In this document: positions 1 to 8,950 of the stretch, piece by piece
How positions within the stretch are numbered: the first letter of the stretch is position 1
Layout: each line of letters begins with the position of its first letter
Source of the DNA: an uncultured Candidatus Saccharibacteria bacterium
GTDB lineage: Bacteria; Patescibacteriota; Minisyncoccia; Phycocordibacterales; UBA9973
Direction: 5' to 3'
DNA length: 64,000 nt
NCBI GenBank assembly: GCA_964625065.1
Contig: CAZUZL010000001.1
Span: 40,132-104,131, forward strand
Translations under genes and position numbers: made by a program
Notes under the pieces: model-generated
Seen by the model: the letters and a program-made list of their open reading frames with translations, nothing else
What the model was told of the DNA's origin: nothing
Databases searched by the model: none

Positions 1-18
1 CTGGTCTTCGCATATAGA

Positions 19-441
19 TTATTTAGTAGTTACTTTAGGACGTTTTGCACCGTATCTTGAACGTGACTTACCACGCTTTTCAGGAGCAGTTGCATCGAGA
101 CGACCACGAACGATGGTGTAACGTACACCGATCAAGTCCTTCACACGACCGCCGCGTATAACGACAACCGAGTGTTCTTGTAATTTGTGTCCAATACCTG
201 GAATGTAGGCTGTAACTTCTTGGCCATTAGTTAGGCGGACACGAGCAATTTTACGAACTGCAGAGTTAGGCTTTTTAGGAGTTGTAGTAGTAACCTTTGT
301 ACATACGCCACGTTTAAATGGTGACGGGTAGAACACAGGGCGGTTTTTAAGCGCATTAAAACCACGTGCTAATGCAACGGTTTTCTTTCTTTTAACCACA
401 TTTTTGCGGTTCTTTTTGATTAATTGATTTATTGTTGGCAT
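19..441 (-). CDS. rpsL: 30S ribosomal protein S12
   Basis: 140 aa translation [10 protein letters not shown]...[11 protein letters not shown] is a near-canonical S12 sequence. Confidence 0.95.
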   Translation of the reverse strand: MPTINQLIKKNRKNVVKRKKTVALARGFNALKNRPVFYPSPFKRGVCTKVTTTTPKKPNSAVRKIARVRLTNGQEVTAYIPGIGHKLQEHSVVVIRGGRVKDLIGVRYTIVRGRLDATAPEKRGKSRSRYGAKRPKVTTK

Positions 442-683
442 ATTTATATAGTAATTTTATAGCATATAGTTTGTCCAGCTATGGACACCCTACCTTCTGT
501 GCTCCTCTGCAACTCTTACAAAAGAGTAAAACACCGACTTATCCTAATACAAATTTGGTTTTTATGCAAGCCCCTACACCTATGTTACCATTTTGTTTTA
601 GTGTAAAATAACGACTGTCACAAAAAGAAAATATCGCGATTCGGCTGAATTTTATTACACCACACTCAAAACACTATGTTCGA

Positions 684-2846
684 TTATGGCAATATAGGTG
701 TGGGGGCAAGGGGTGCGCCTGGAACTGGGGTTTCGTATGTTTGTTCTATTATAAACTTCTCGTCCATGTAGCCTTTTTTAACAACCACAGTATGGTTTAC
801 CATTACAGGGCTGTACGAACCGTCTAGGTTCTTCTTCTCAATATTTACTTCATAAACACCGTTTGGTATTAGGCAGTAGAACTGACCGTTTTTATTAGTT
901 ATCTTTTTTATAAAGTCTTTACCGTTACGTAAAATGTGCACAATAGCATATGGGTATGGGTTACCTTTTGGTCCAACAACATAACTACGTGGTTTTGGTC
1001 GTAATGCAGTGTATTTTAGAATCAGCATTAATGTATAAAGCGCAACAACTATCATGTTGTAGTTTGAAGCTTTTGCATACCACGACAGTATTGAAACTAT
1101 ATAACCGATGAAGAAAAATACATTTGCAAAACGAACCCAGAAAACTTCGTGTGTTTTATGGTATGTCATTAATGTTTGTTGGCGTTTAGCGTATTCGTTC
1201 CAGTCAAAATGTTCTGGGTCCATTGGTATATTTGATATTACAAGACTGTTGCCGTCAGCACCTACTGTAAAAGGCATGCCATAGTACAGGTCTTTGTATA
1301 TTTCGTCTTCGTATTTACCATCTAGTAGTTTTGATGGGAAAATATAATTCGTCTTATGTGCAACAACAGTATATGTACCAGGTGGTAATAAAAATCCGAA
1401 ACGTCCATCTAAATCTGTTATAGATGTTTCTATTTCTTTACCTGTTATATCAAAAACTGAAACATACACTGGGTCTAGTGGTTGTTTAGTAACACTGTCG
1501 TACACAGTACCCCATGGGCGGTTTTTCTTTTTCAAACCTATCAGTACCAAGAACAGACTCCATAATCTAAACGGTATCAACAATAATTCACCCAACGAAA
1601 GTGGGTTTACAAACAATAGACTCATTATAGAAACAGACGAACCAGCAACAACACCAACTACCCCAGCAGTTTTAACAGCAGGTGTTATACCTGGTCTTTC
1701 AAATATTACTTTTACGGCTTTTTTTGTTGTTTCTATAACTTTGTTTGAATTAGATATACTTTTTCCAACATTGTCTGTTACATAACACCATATTGAACTA
1801 CAAACAGGTTCTACAGGGTGTCCGCCACCTCCGCCTGAGCCACCACCACCTCCGGTGCCTCCACCTCCGCCTGTTCCGCCGCCTCCAGAACCGCCTGTTC
1901 CTCCTCCGCCAGTGCCACCGCCTCCGGTACCACCGCCACCGGTTCCTCCACCACCATTACCTCCGCCCCCGCCTGAGCCACCACCTCCGGTACCGCCGCC
2001 TCCAGAACCGCCTGTTCCTCCGCCACCAGTGCCACCTCCTCCGGTGCCACCGCCGCCATTACCTCCTCCGCCGCCGTTTCCGCCGCCACCTCCACCTGAA
2101 CCGCCGCCACCTCCATGTCCACCACTTCCACAAAAACCAACTTCTACACTACCACTACTGTTATAAGTGGCTGAATTAGCTGCATTACAATCTGTATGGC
2201 AGTCTCTGTCTGTACTGTCTGTAAAAGTATCAGAATCATTATCTAAACCATCAGCACAAATTGGTCTAGAAACTTTTGGCACCCAGTCTGTTTTTACACA
2301 GGCGTCTGCATCAGCACAGTCAAACTTTATATAACCGTAGTTTTCGCTCCATGCATAACCTATAAATTCACCCGCACTGTTTATACGCACAGAAAAATCT
2401 GCATCGGCACAGCTGCCTGTCGGGTATGCCGAAGTTACATTAGAACAATTAAAAGACACCCAACCGGTGTTTTCACCCCAAGCAAAACCTGACAGTACAC
2501 CGTAACTACGGTCAGAACTTACATCTAAATTTACGTAGTAGTTAGAATCAGCACAGCCACTAGCTAGTGCGCCCACTGCGGCACAGTTTAGGCGTATCCA
2601 ACCGGTAGATTCACCGAACATCATTCCAGACAAACCGTTGTCTGTAACATGCACATTGTATGTGTCTATTCCTGGTTCTGTATAGTAGCCTGCATTTATA
2701 CGTGTACTAGTCGAAGTTTCTTTCGCTTTCCAGTATGTGGCGTCTATGGTGCCACTGTCAAAAGACGCAAACGCAACACCCGTGTTGATGCAGAAAAATA
2801 TAGAAATAATTAAAAATAATTTCTTAGAAAAAATACGGACGTCCAT
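684..2846 (-). CDS. Large secreted/membrane surface protein: N-terminal GW..F.C repeats, ~100-aa poly-Gly(S/N/T) linker, TM segments, two carboxypeptidase-regulatory-like beta-sandwich motifs
   Basis: 720 aa ORF with signal-peptide-like N-terminus; repeated GWIRLNCA/GWVSFNCS/GYIKFDCADADA units; GGGGSGGGGGGNGGGGG tract encoded by a tandem ~120-bp GC-rich repeat (1860-2100); hydrophobic helices; DITGKEIETSITDLDGRFGFLLPPGTYTV motif. Confidence 0.65.
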   Translation of the reverse strand: MDVRIFSKKLFLIISIFFCINTGVAFASFDSGTIDATYWKAKETSTSTRINAGYYTEPGIDTYNVHVTDNGLSGMMFGESTGWIRLNCAAVGALASGCADSNYYVNLDVSSDRSYGVLSGFAWGENTGWVSFNCSNVTSAYPTGSCADADFSVRINSAGEFIGYAWSENYGYIKFDCADADACVKTDWVPKVSRPICADGLDNDSDTFTDSTDRDCHTDCNAANSATYNSSGSVEVGFCGSGGHGGGGGSGGGGGGNGGGGGNGGGGTGGGGTGGGGTGGSGGGGTGGGGSGGGGGNGGGGTGGGGTGGGGTGGGGTGGSGGGGTGGGGGTGGGGGSGGGGGHPVEPVCSSIWCYVTDNVGKSISNSNKVIETTKKAVKVIFERPGITPAVKTAGVVGVVAGSSVSIMSLLFVNPLSLGELLLIPFRLWSLFLVLIGLKKKNRPWGTVYDSVTKQPLDPVYVSVFDITGKEIETSITDLDGRFGFLLPPGTYTVVAHKTNYIFPSKLLDGKYEDEIYKDLYYGMPFTVGADGNSLVISNIPMDPEHFDWNEYAKRQQTLMTYHKTHEVFWVRFANVFFFIGYIVSILSWYAKASNYNMIVVALYTLMLILKYTALRPKPRSYVVGPKGNPYPYAIVHILRNGKDFIKKITNKNGQFYCLIPNGVYEVNIEKKNLDGSYSPVMVNHTVVVKKGYMDEKFIIEQTYETPVPGAPLAPTPILP

Positions 2847-2854
2847 GTTATGTA

Positions 2855-3487
2855 TTATATACCACTACCGACAATAATGTGAGTCAAGAAATGCAATATA
2901 GGTGGAAAAACTTTTGGTGCTAGAAATATTATAAACAAAACTAACAAAATAAAACCCCATTTATTTAGAAAACTTTCTATGTATGCGTATTTTGCTGGCA
3001 AAAAAGCAAACAAAACTTTTGAACCGTCTAGTGGTGGTAACGGAATAAGGTTAAACACAACCAACACAATGTTTAAAATAACTATTTTAGAAGTTACTGC
3101 TAATACACCTGCAGTTAGTGTGCCTGTTGTTGCAAGCAAGCGAATAAGTAAACCAAAAACAACAGCCAGCAGTAAGTTAGAAATAACACCCGCTAATGCC
3201 ACCCATATAGTGCCACGTTTAATATTATAAAAGTTGTTTGGGTTTACTGGTACTGGTTTTGCCCAGGCTATCATAAAACCGGTACCTGAAAGTAGTAAAA
3301 TTAATGGCAAAAGAAAAGACCCGAAAAGTTCCAAATGTGGTAATGGGTTAATGGTTAAACGGCCAGCGTAGCGTGCGGTAGGGTCGCCAAAATATTCGGC
3401 CACATAACCATGGGCAAGTTCATGAATTACCACTGAAGCCAGTAATATAATAACGTATGTAATAATACCAATTGTGTCGCCTTGCAT
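2855..3487 (-). CDS. Site-2 protease family (peptidase M50) zinc metalloprotease
   Basis: HELAHGYVAEYFGDP HExxH motif in a polytopic membrane protein of ~210 aa. Confidence 0.8.
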   Translation of the reverse strand: MQGDTIGIITYVIILLASVVIHELAHGYVAEYFGDPTARYAGRLTINPLPHLELFGSFLLPLILLLSGTGFMIAWAKPVPVNPNNFYNIKRGTIWVALAGVISNLLLAVVFGLLIRLLATTGTLTAGVLAVTSKIVILNIVLVVFNLIPLPPLDGSKVLFAFLPAKYAYIESFLNKWGFILLVLFIIFLAPKVFPPILHFLTHIIVGSGI

Positions 3488-3520
3488 AATTTATATACTT
3501 ATGATAGCATAATACCCGTT

Positions 3521-3766
3521 ATGGCAAAAGTATGTGAAATCACAGGAAAAGGCTCTATCGTCGGTGGCGGTTATTCTACGAAGGTTCGTGCAACCAAGTT
3601 TAACCCTGTTGGCAACAGCCGTAAATACCCCAACCTTCAAAAGAAGCGTATTTTTGTTGCGGAACTAAACAAAACTTTCGTGCTTACAATATCTACTAAC
3701 GCAATACGCACTATCGCTAAAAACGGCGCATTCGCAACACTTAAAAAAGCTGGAATCATAAAATAG
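3521..3766 (+). CDS. rpmB: 50S ribosomal protein L28
   Basis: MAKVCEITGKGSIVGGGYSTKVRATKFNPVGN... matches L28; the ORF-track start at 3482 is a TTG that overlaps the upstream gene, so the ATG at 3521 is preferred. Confidence 0.85.
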   Translation: MAKVCEITGKGSIVGGGYSTKVRATKFNPVGNSRKYPNLQKKRIFVAELNKTFVLTISTNAIRTIAKNGAFATLKKAGIIK

Positions 3767-3794
3767 GTTGTAGGTTACAGCTTATAGGTTACAG

Positions 3795-3830
3795 AAAAAA
3801 GCCGTTCGAAATTCGAACGGCTTTTTTATT
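3795..3830. terminator. Bidirectional intrinsic terminator
   Basis: aaaaaa-GCCGTTCGAA-att-TCGAACGGC-ttttttatt between convergent genes. Confidence 0.65.
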
Positions 3831-4692
3831 TACATATAACAGTATTACCGTCTGAAGTACAGTTTATCGTACCCATTTTACTGGTTTCTAGATATGGAAT
3901 ATGCAGATTATTTATACGGTCCAGCACTTCTTTATGTGGGTGGCCGTATTGGTTTTTCAGACCGGCAGAAATAATAGCCAGCTTTGGGTGCACTGCCATA
4001 AGATATTCAACAGACGACGATGTGCGCGACCCATGGTGGCCAAGCTTTAAAACATCTACCGGTAACATACTTGGGTTGTGTTGTACTAAATACAGTTCCT
4101 TACCTATAGGCGAGTCCCCTGTAAACATAAACGACGTGTTGCCGTAGTCTAGTCGGGCAACAATTGAAGCTTCGTTAGTTTCCCACCCCGACACATCTGT
4201 ATCTGGGTACAGTATAGTTAAGTAAATATTATTTTTCTGGTCCAACATTATTTTCTGCCCAGCACGTGCATATATGTGCGGTATGTTTTTCTGTAATATT
4301 ATTTGTTGTAAATTTTGGTATACATCTGTGTTTACAGTTACACCTGGTTCTAACACACTTCCGACTTTATATTTTTCTAATACACTAACCAAACCTGCTA
4401 CATGGTCTGCATCTGGGTGCGTAGCAATAACCACATCTATACTGCGCTGGAAAAAAGGTAACTCTGCACCTAGGCGCGACAAAACTGTATTGTCACGCCC
4501 ACCGTCTATTAACATAGTTGTACCACTTGGTGTTTGTATTAGCATACTGTCGCCCTGGCCTACATCTAAAAAAGAAACTTTTAATTTATTTTGTGCTGGT
4601 TGTAAAAGCAAAACAAAAACCAACACCCCACCCAATACCAACAAACCCCCAACATATGCCCATAGTTTTTTGTGGTTCGGTTTTTGTTCCAT
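3826..4692 (-). CDS. Membrane-anchored metallo-beta-lactamase-fold hydrolase of the ComEC C-terminal type
   Basis: N-terminal TM helix, FLDVGQGDSMLI, ATHPDADHVAGL, GHHGS motifs typical of the ComEC/Rec2 lactamase-like domain. Confidence 0.75.
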   Translation of the reverse strand: MEQKPNHKKLWAYVGGLLVLGGVLVFVLLLQPAQNKLKVSFLDVGQGDSMLIQTPSGTTMLIDGGRDNTVLSRLGAELPFFQRSIDVVIATHPDADHVAGLVSVLEKYKVGSVLEPGVTVNTDVYQNLQQIILQKNIPHIYARAGQKIMLDQKNNIYLTILYPDTDVSGWETNEASIVARLDYGNTSFMFTGDSPIGKELYLVQHNPSMLPVDVLKLGHHGSRTSSSVEYLMAVHPKLAIISAGLKNQYGHPHKEVLDRINNLHIPYLETSKMGTINCTSDGNTVICK

Positions 4693-5138
4693 ATATGTAA
4701 CTATACCAAAGAAAAATCACTCCATAAAATATATACTAAAAAGGGCACGCAGATTTTTCCGCTAAAAAATCTCCTCAGAACTGCGCGCCGGTCGCGCTGG
4801 TAAGCCCCTTTTTAGCATACATTTTCTTCAGTGATAGCCAAGTTTAAATGCAAAAAACAAAATAGTTCTGTAAAAATGCCTGACGCAAGCCGACCGGGCG
4901 AGTCAGTAAAAAGAAATTAGTTTTTCTTTTTACCCGATTCACGAAGTGAAATTGCCGATGTGAGTGATAACGAACAGGCAATAGGAATCAATTTTCAGCA
5001 AGAAAATGTCGCGCTTAATGGACAATTGCGCGACGTGTTTGCTGGGGCAATCAAGCTTTTTTACAGAAGCTATTTTGTGATTTGCATGTATTTTACCTTT
5101 TTATACATATCCTGGAGGCCTTATGTTATACTGTATTT

Positions 5139-5744
5139 ATGCAAAAATACACACCCCAAGAATTTAACCTAGGCGAACTAATTGGCATATCAGCTAAGAA
5201 TGTTGAAGAACATTTGAAGCTATACAAAGGCTATGTAACAAACGCCAACAATGTTGTCGAAAAAATAAGTACCCTTTCAGAAGGCATGTTTAAAGACAAA
5301 GAAGACAATGGCTATGTTATAGCCGAACTTTTCCGCCGTTTTGCCTTTGAATACAACGGTATGCGTAACCATGAAGTTTATTTTAGTAGTCTTTCTGGTG
5401 GTCCAAAACCATTAAACCCAGACAGTGCATTAGCTAAACTAATAAACGAAACATGCATGTCGCTAGACATATTGTTAATGGGTTTTAAAAACATGGCTAT
5501 GACACGAGGTGTTGGTTGGGCAGTACTGTGGTACGACAAACGCGACAACCGCCTTCTAGCAAACTGGGTAGACGAACAACACTTAGGCCAACTAAACGGC
5601 TGTACTATGATTCTGGCCCTAGATATGTGGGAACATGCATATGTCTACGACTACCCAACTTCTGCAAAGAAAGATTATATCGAAGCCTTCTTTGCAAACC
5701 TAAACTGGGGCGTAGTAGAAGAAAATTTCAATAACGCACAATAA
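5139..5744 (+). CDS. sodA: Fe/Mn superoxide dismutase family protein
   Basis: DMWEHAYVYDY motif plus conserved His/Asp ligand positions; ATG at 5139 gives ~201 aa; the N-terminal EEHL region is divergent from the canonical HH. Confidence 0.75.
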   Translation: MQKYTPQEFNLGELIGISAKNVEEHLKLYKGYVTNANNVVEKISTLSEGMFKDKEDNGYVIAELFRRFAFEYNGMRNHEVYFSSLSGGPKPLNPDSALAKLINETCMSLDILLMGFKNMAMTRGVGWAVLWYDKRDNRLLANWVDEQHLGQLNGCTMILALDMWEHAYVYDYPTSAKKDYIEAFFANLNWGVVEENFNNAQ

Positions 5745-5769
5745 ATACAAACTTAATCTATTTGACATA

Positions 5770-5805
5770 AAACGCATTATCTATATAATGCGTTTTATAA
5801 TTCAT
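5770..5805 (+). terminator. Intrinsic terminator after sod
   Basis: ataaaacgcattatctatataatgcgttttat stem-loop with T-run. Confidence 0.6.
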
Positions 5806-5834
5806 ATAGTTCTAAACCTTTAAAATTTAATATA

Positions 5835-6515
5835 ATGACAAAAAAAGTAACCAGATCAGTAACAAGCCCAGAGGATTTTATTAGCATCCCCTCTGAAGAA
5901 GGCGAACGACTTATTCGTCGTATGTGGCTAGCAAGTGTATCATCTGAAGAAAAACCTTATTTGTCGCCAGTTTCGACATTTATGGCAAGATTCCGCCAGC
6001 AGATATTTATACAAAAAGACAATGGCAGCCCTCTGAAAATATACTTTTTTCTTGAAAAAGAGTTACTCCACAATAAAAAACTATTTAAAGACATTCAGAC
6101 TCTTGGCATGCTACCTAGTAATGCCTACTGCCATGCCACGATTAACGCAGGGCATGTAACTCAAATTCGCGCAAAGGGAATTCTAAGTGAAATGGACAAA
6201 GAAGAAAAAGATTTCTTTACTAAAAAAATAAAGGAAAGAATGAATGGAGTCAAAAATGAAGACCAGCCGGTTCTATTATTCTCTTTTTATGGTCCACTAC
6301 TAAAATTTAATATCAATAATTGTATTGAGAACCCTAAAGCTAAGTTTTATTGTTTCGAACCAACCCAGTATGAATACTGTAAATACTGGCTATGTAGAGT
6401 GGGTCAGATTAAACGTGATAATCCAGGCAAATCAATACAAAGACTTATTGCTGAAGGACAATACAAATCAAAGAAAAATGGAAGGTTAGTTACGCAAGAA
6501 TTTCTAATTTTGTAA
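5835..6515 (+). CDS. Hypothetical protein
   Basis: 226 aa ORF with its own terminator downstream; no recognisable motif. Confidence 0.45.
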   Translation: MTKKVTRSVTSPEDFISIPSEEGERLIRRMWLASVSSEEKPYLSPVSTFMARFRQQIFIQKDNGSPLKIYFFLEKELLHNKKLFKDIQTLGMLPSNAYCHATINAGHVTQIRAKGILSEMDKEEKDFFTKKIKERMNGVKNEDQPVLLFSFYGPLLKFNINNCIENPKAKFYCFEPTQYEYCKYWLCRVGQIKRDNPGKSIQRLIAEGQYKSKKNGRLVTQEFLIL

Positions 6516-6529
6516 AAGTTAAATAATTT

Positions 6530-6560
6530 AAAAAGTCAGGTATAGCCTGACTTTTTTTTA
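6530..6560. terminator. Bidirectional intrinsic terminator
   Basis: aaaaa-GTCAGGTATAGCCTGAC-tttttttta between convergent genes. Confidence 0.65.
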
Positions 6561-8003
6561 TTTTATAATCCCTATAACCCCATTCCCAAACAACATCACC
6601 GCCATTACCCCATACATACCCAACATTGCCCACAGTGGCAATGGGTAGTTTAGTACACCAAAAGGAACAGAGGCGAATAACATAATAACCCACAACACAA
6701 ACGTTAATAATATAGAAAGTGGAAATGCAAATAAAATAGATAAACTCGGTATAAAAAAACACAACACCAATAAAAATGTTAACCCCATAACCAGTGGCAT
6801 AAGTGGCAGTATTAATACATTGGCCGGTATTGAAACCAAAGACATAGCCCCCATAGTAAATAGTATCAGTGGCAGTACAGCAATATTTGTACCCACTGTT
6901 GTGGCAACCACGTCGCGTATACCAAACTTATCTGTTACCCATAAAAACTTGTGTAGTATTTTGGGTGTTATATATATCAGCCCTATAGTAGCTAAAACTG
7001 AAAGTTGAAATGAAACGTCGTACAGTATTGTAAATGGGTTCATTATACCCATTGCAATAATTGTTAATACCAACACCCTGCCTATATATGTTTTTCTACC
7101 GACAAGTTTTGCCAATATAACAATACCACCCATTATGCCCGCACGTATGGCAGTGGTAGAAGCACCGGTTAATATTACAAATAAAACTATACCAAATATT
7201 GAAACTATCCATGCTACTGTAACAGAAAATATTGCACCCAATGTTGCCAACATGGCTTCGACAACAATGGTAATGTTGTAGCCCGACAGGGCAATAATGT
7301 GTATAGTTCCGGAACGTACAAACTGGTCGCGCAAACCTGTTGTTAACCAGTCGCGCGAACCAACTAATATGCCACGAGCTAAGCCAGACTGCGGTTCGTG
7401 CAAATTGTTGTTTATTTGGTTTTCTATTTTATTCTTTAGTACTGCTAAACGTGCAGTAACATTCCACCTACCTGCTGGTGTGGTAGACAACACTTTTGGT
7501 TTGTCTAATGTTACATATACAAAGTCTTTTTTAAGATACGAAACATAGTCAAATACAGTGTCGTTAGAACCAGTAAAGTTTTCTGGGTATTGAAGTACGC
7601 CAGAAATTTGTACATGTTCACCCACCAACAAATTCCCGCTGTTTATTTTTACTAATACTCGAAATCTTTCACCGACGGGTTGTACTAAAACAGTTTGTAT
7701 ATTATTTTTACCTTCAGCAGTTACTACCCTGCCTGATAATGTTACATTTTTATTTATTGCATCCGTGTACAGAACAGGTATTTTTGGCATGCGCATATAC
7801 GAAACACCATAGCCAAGTAAAATAGACACCACTAAAACGAACGTTAAACCAAAAACTTTTTTAGAAAACTTACCTAAAAACAAAATACAAACCAGACAAA
7901 TAAAAACACCGGCAACTAGGCCGTATGTGTTCTGTTGTGCTGTAAATAAAATAATACCAACTACTGCGCCGAAACTTGTTCCATAAAACAAATTGTCATC
8001 CAT
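6558..8003 (-). CDS. comEC: DNA internalization competence protein ComEC/Rec2 (DUF4131 + competence channel domain, no lactamase domain)
   Basis: Polytopic membrane protein with ComEC competence-domain motifs (…TAIRAGIMGGIVILAKL…). The ORF-track GTG start at 8027 (MALPISNGM) lies inside a repeat; the ATG at 8001-8003 (MDDNLFYG) is preferred. Confidence 0.8.
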   Translation of the reverse strand: MDDNLFYGTSFGAVVGIILFTAQQNTYGLVAGVFICLVCILFLGKFSKKVFGLTFVLVVSILLGYGVSYMRMPKIPVLYTDAINKNVTLSGRVVTAEGKNNIQTVLVQPVGERFRVLVKINSGNLLVGEHVQISGVLQYPENFTGSNDTVFDYVSYLKKDFVYVTLDKPKVLSTTPAGRWNVTARLAVLKNKIENQINNNLHEPQSGLARGILVGSRDWLTTGLRDQFVRSGTIHIIALSGYNITIVVEAMLATLGAIFSVTVAWIVSIFGIVLFVILTGASTTAIRAGIMGGIVILAKLVGRKTYIGRVLVLTIIAMGIMNPFTILYDVSFQLSVLATIGLIYITPKILHKFLWVTDKFGIRDVVATTVGTNIAVLPLILFTMGAMSLVSIPANVLILPLMPLVMGLTFLLVLCFFIPSLSILFAFPLSILLTFVLWVIMLFASVPFGVLNYPLPLWAMLGMYGVMAVMLFGNGVIGIIK

Positions 8004-8191
8004 CCCGTTAGAGATAGGAAGTGCCACATTACAATATATGGAACTTCCTATAATTAGATAATTTATAATATTTCGACCATACTACTAGACCCTACAGGCA
8101 CTTCCGTAATATATTTGATTATATTTACATATTAACATAATTTATTTCTTTATTATATTAAGACAAAATAACATCTGTTATCTCAACGGGA
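8001..8191. mobile_element. 191-bp TIR-bounded repeat element (copy A); its terminal CAT is the comEC start codon
   Basis: Left arm catcccgttagagataggaagtgccac (8001-8027), inner partner ggcacttccgta (8097-8108), shared acatattaacata core, right arm atctcaacggga (8180-8191). Confidence 0.6.
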
Positions 8192-8197
8192 GGCAAA

Positions 8198-8761
8198 CTA
8201 CATAGGGGGCAACCCCTTGAAGAATTCTTTATAATTTTCTTTAGTGCCACGAAACAGTGGTGTGTTGTCTTTGTCTGCAAAACTGGTTGCAATAACATCG
8301 GCACGTTCGTTTAGTAGTACACCTGAATGCCCTGCAACTTTTTTCGTGTGTAAATTTTTACCAAAACTACGCACCAATACCATTAGTGGTTGCCATAGTT
8401 CCTGGTTTAGAACTGGTTTTTTATTTGCAGTTTTCCAACCGTTTTTCTCCCACCCTGCAACCCAAGACCCGATACCGCCTAACACATATGCAGAATCAGT
8501 ATGTACAGTAACAACCACTGTTACACTACGCCCCGCCTTTTTAACTTCTTCCTGGACTGCGCGCAAACTAGCTATAACACCCATCAGTTCCATTCTATTA
8601 TTCGTTGTATGGGCGTCGTGGCCACCTATTTCATAGACATAGTCATGTTCTGCCAATATGCCTGCGTCAAAGCCTATAACAGCCCCGTAGCCCCCTGGAC
8701 CAGGGTTACCGCGCGAAGAACCGTCTGTATATATAGATATATGTTTTTCCTGACTATTCAT
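8198..8761 (-). CDS. rnhA: Ribonuclease HI
   Basis: IYTDGSSRGNPGPGGYG...NNRMELMGVI...HSGVLLNERAD are canonical RNase H1 motifs. Confidence 0.85.
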   Translation of the reverse strand: MNSQEKHISIYTDGSSRGNPGPGGYGAVIGFDAGILAEHDYVYEIGGHDAHTTNNRMELMGVIASLRAVQEEVKKAGRSVTVVVTVHTDSAYVLGGIGSWVAGWEKNGWKTANKKPVLNQELWQPLMVLVRSFGKNLHTKKVAGHSGVLLNERADVIATSFADKDNTPLFRGTKENYKEFFKGLPPM

Positions 8762-8880
8762 CCCGTTTAGAAGCAGGTCGCGGTCAATAGAGCGCTATTT
8801 GCTTGATTATATTTATAAATTAATAATATATTACTTTCATAATTTATGCCCGTTACTGCGACCGCGGCTTCTAACGGGAT
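8759..8880. mobile_element. 122-bp TIR-bounded repeat element (copy C, short variant); its terminal CAT is the rnhA start codon
   Basis: Left catcccgtttagaagc-aggtcgcggtc (8759-8785); right gaccgcggc-ttctaacgggat (8858-8880); AT-rich core ttgattatattta shared with copy A. Confidence 0.55.
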
Positions 8881-8918
8881 TCATGTAAAGATTATAGCAT
8901 GAACATATACATAAATTA

Positions 8919-8950
8919 AAAATCACGCAGGTTGCAACTGCGTGATTTTA
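8919..8950 (-). terminator. Intrinsic terminator
   Basis: aaaatcacgcag-gttgcaa-ctgcgtgatttt. Confidence 0.55.

Noticed and set aside
1793-2179. Three overlapping ORFs (poly-His/Arg, poly-Ala/Glu/Val, and a 103-aa poly-Pro protein) inside the poly-Gly coding repeat
   Set aside because: They are alternative-frame and antisense readings of the GC-rich GGN repeat of the 684-2846 gene, with low-complexity translations and no independent start or stop context.
3482-3520. TTG start extending rpmB upstream
   Set aside because: The extension overlaps the start of the convergent protease gene, and the L28 homology begins at the ATG at 3521.
4960-5172. GTG-initiated 70-aa ORF in the sod upstream spacer
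   Set aside because: There is no RBS or start context, it overlaps the sod start region, and its composition is hydrophobic with no motif.
7990-8027. GTG-initiated N-terminal extension MALPISNGM on comEC, and the identical extension on the YraN-like gene (47410-47433)
   Set aside because: The identical 27 nt belong to a repeat element shared by both loci; in-frame ATGs immediately follow and fit known protein N-termini.
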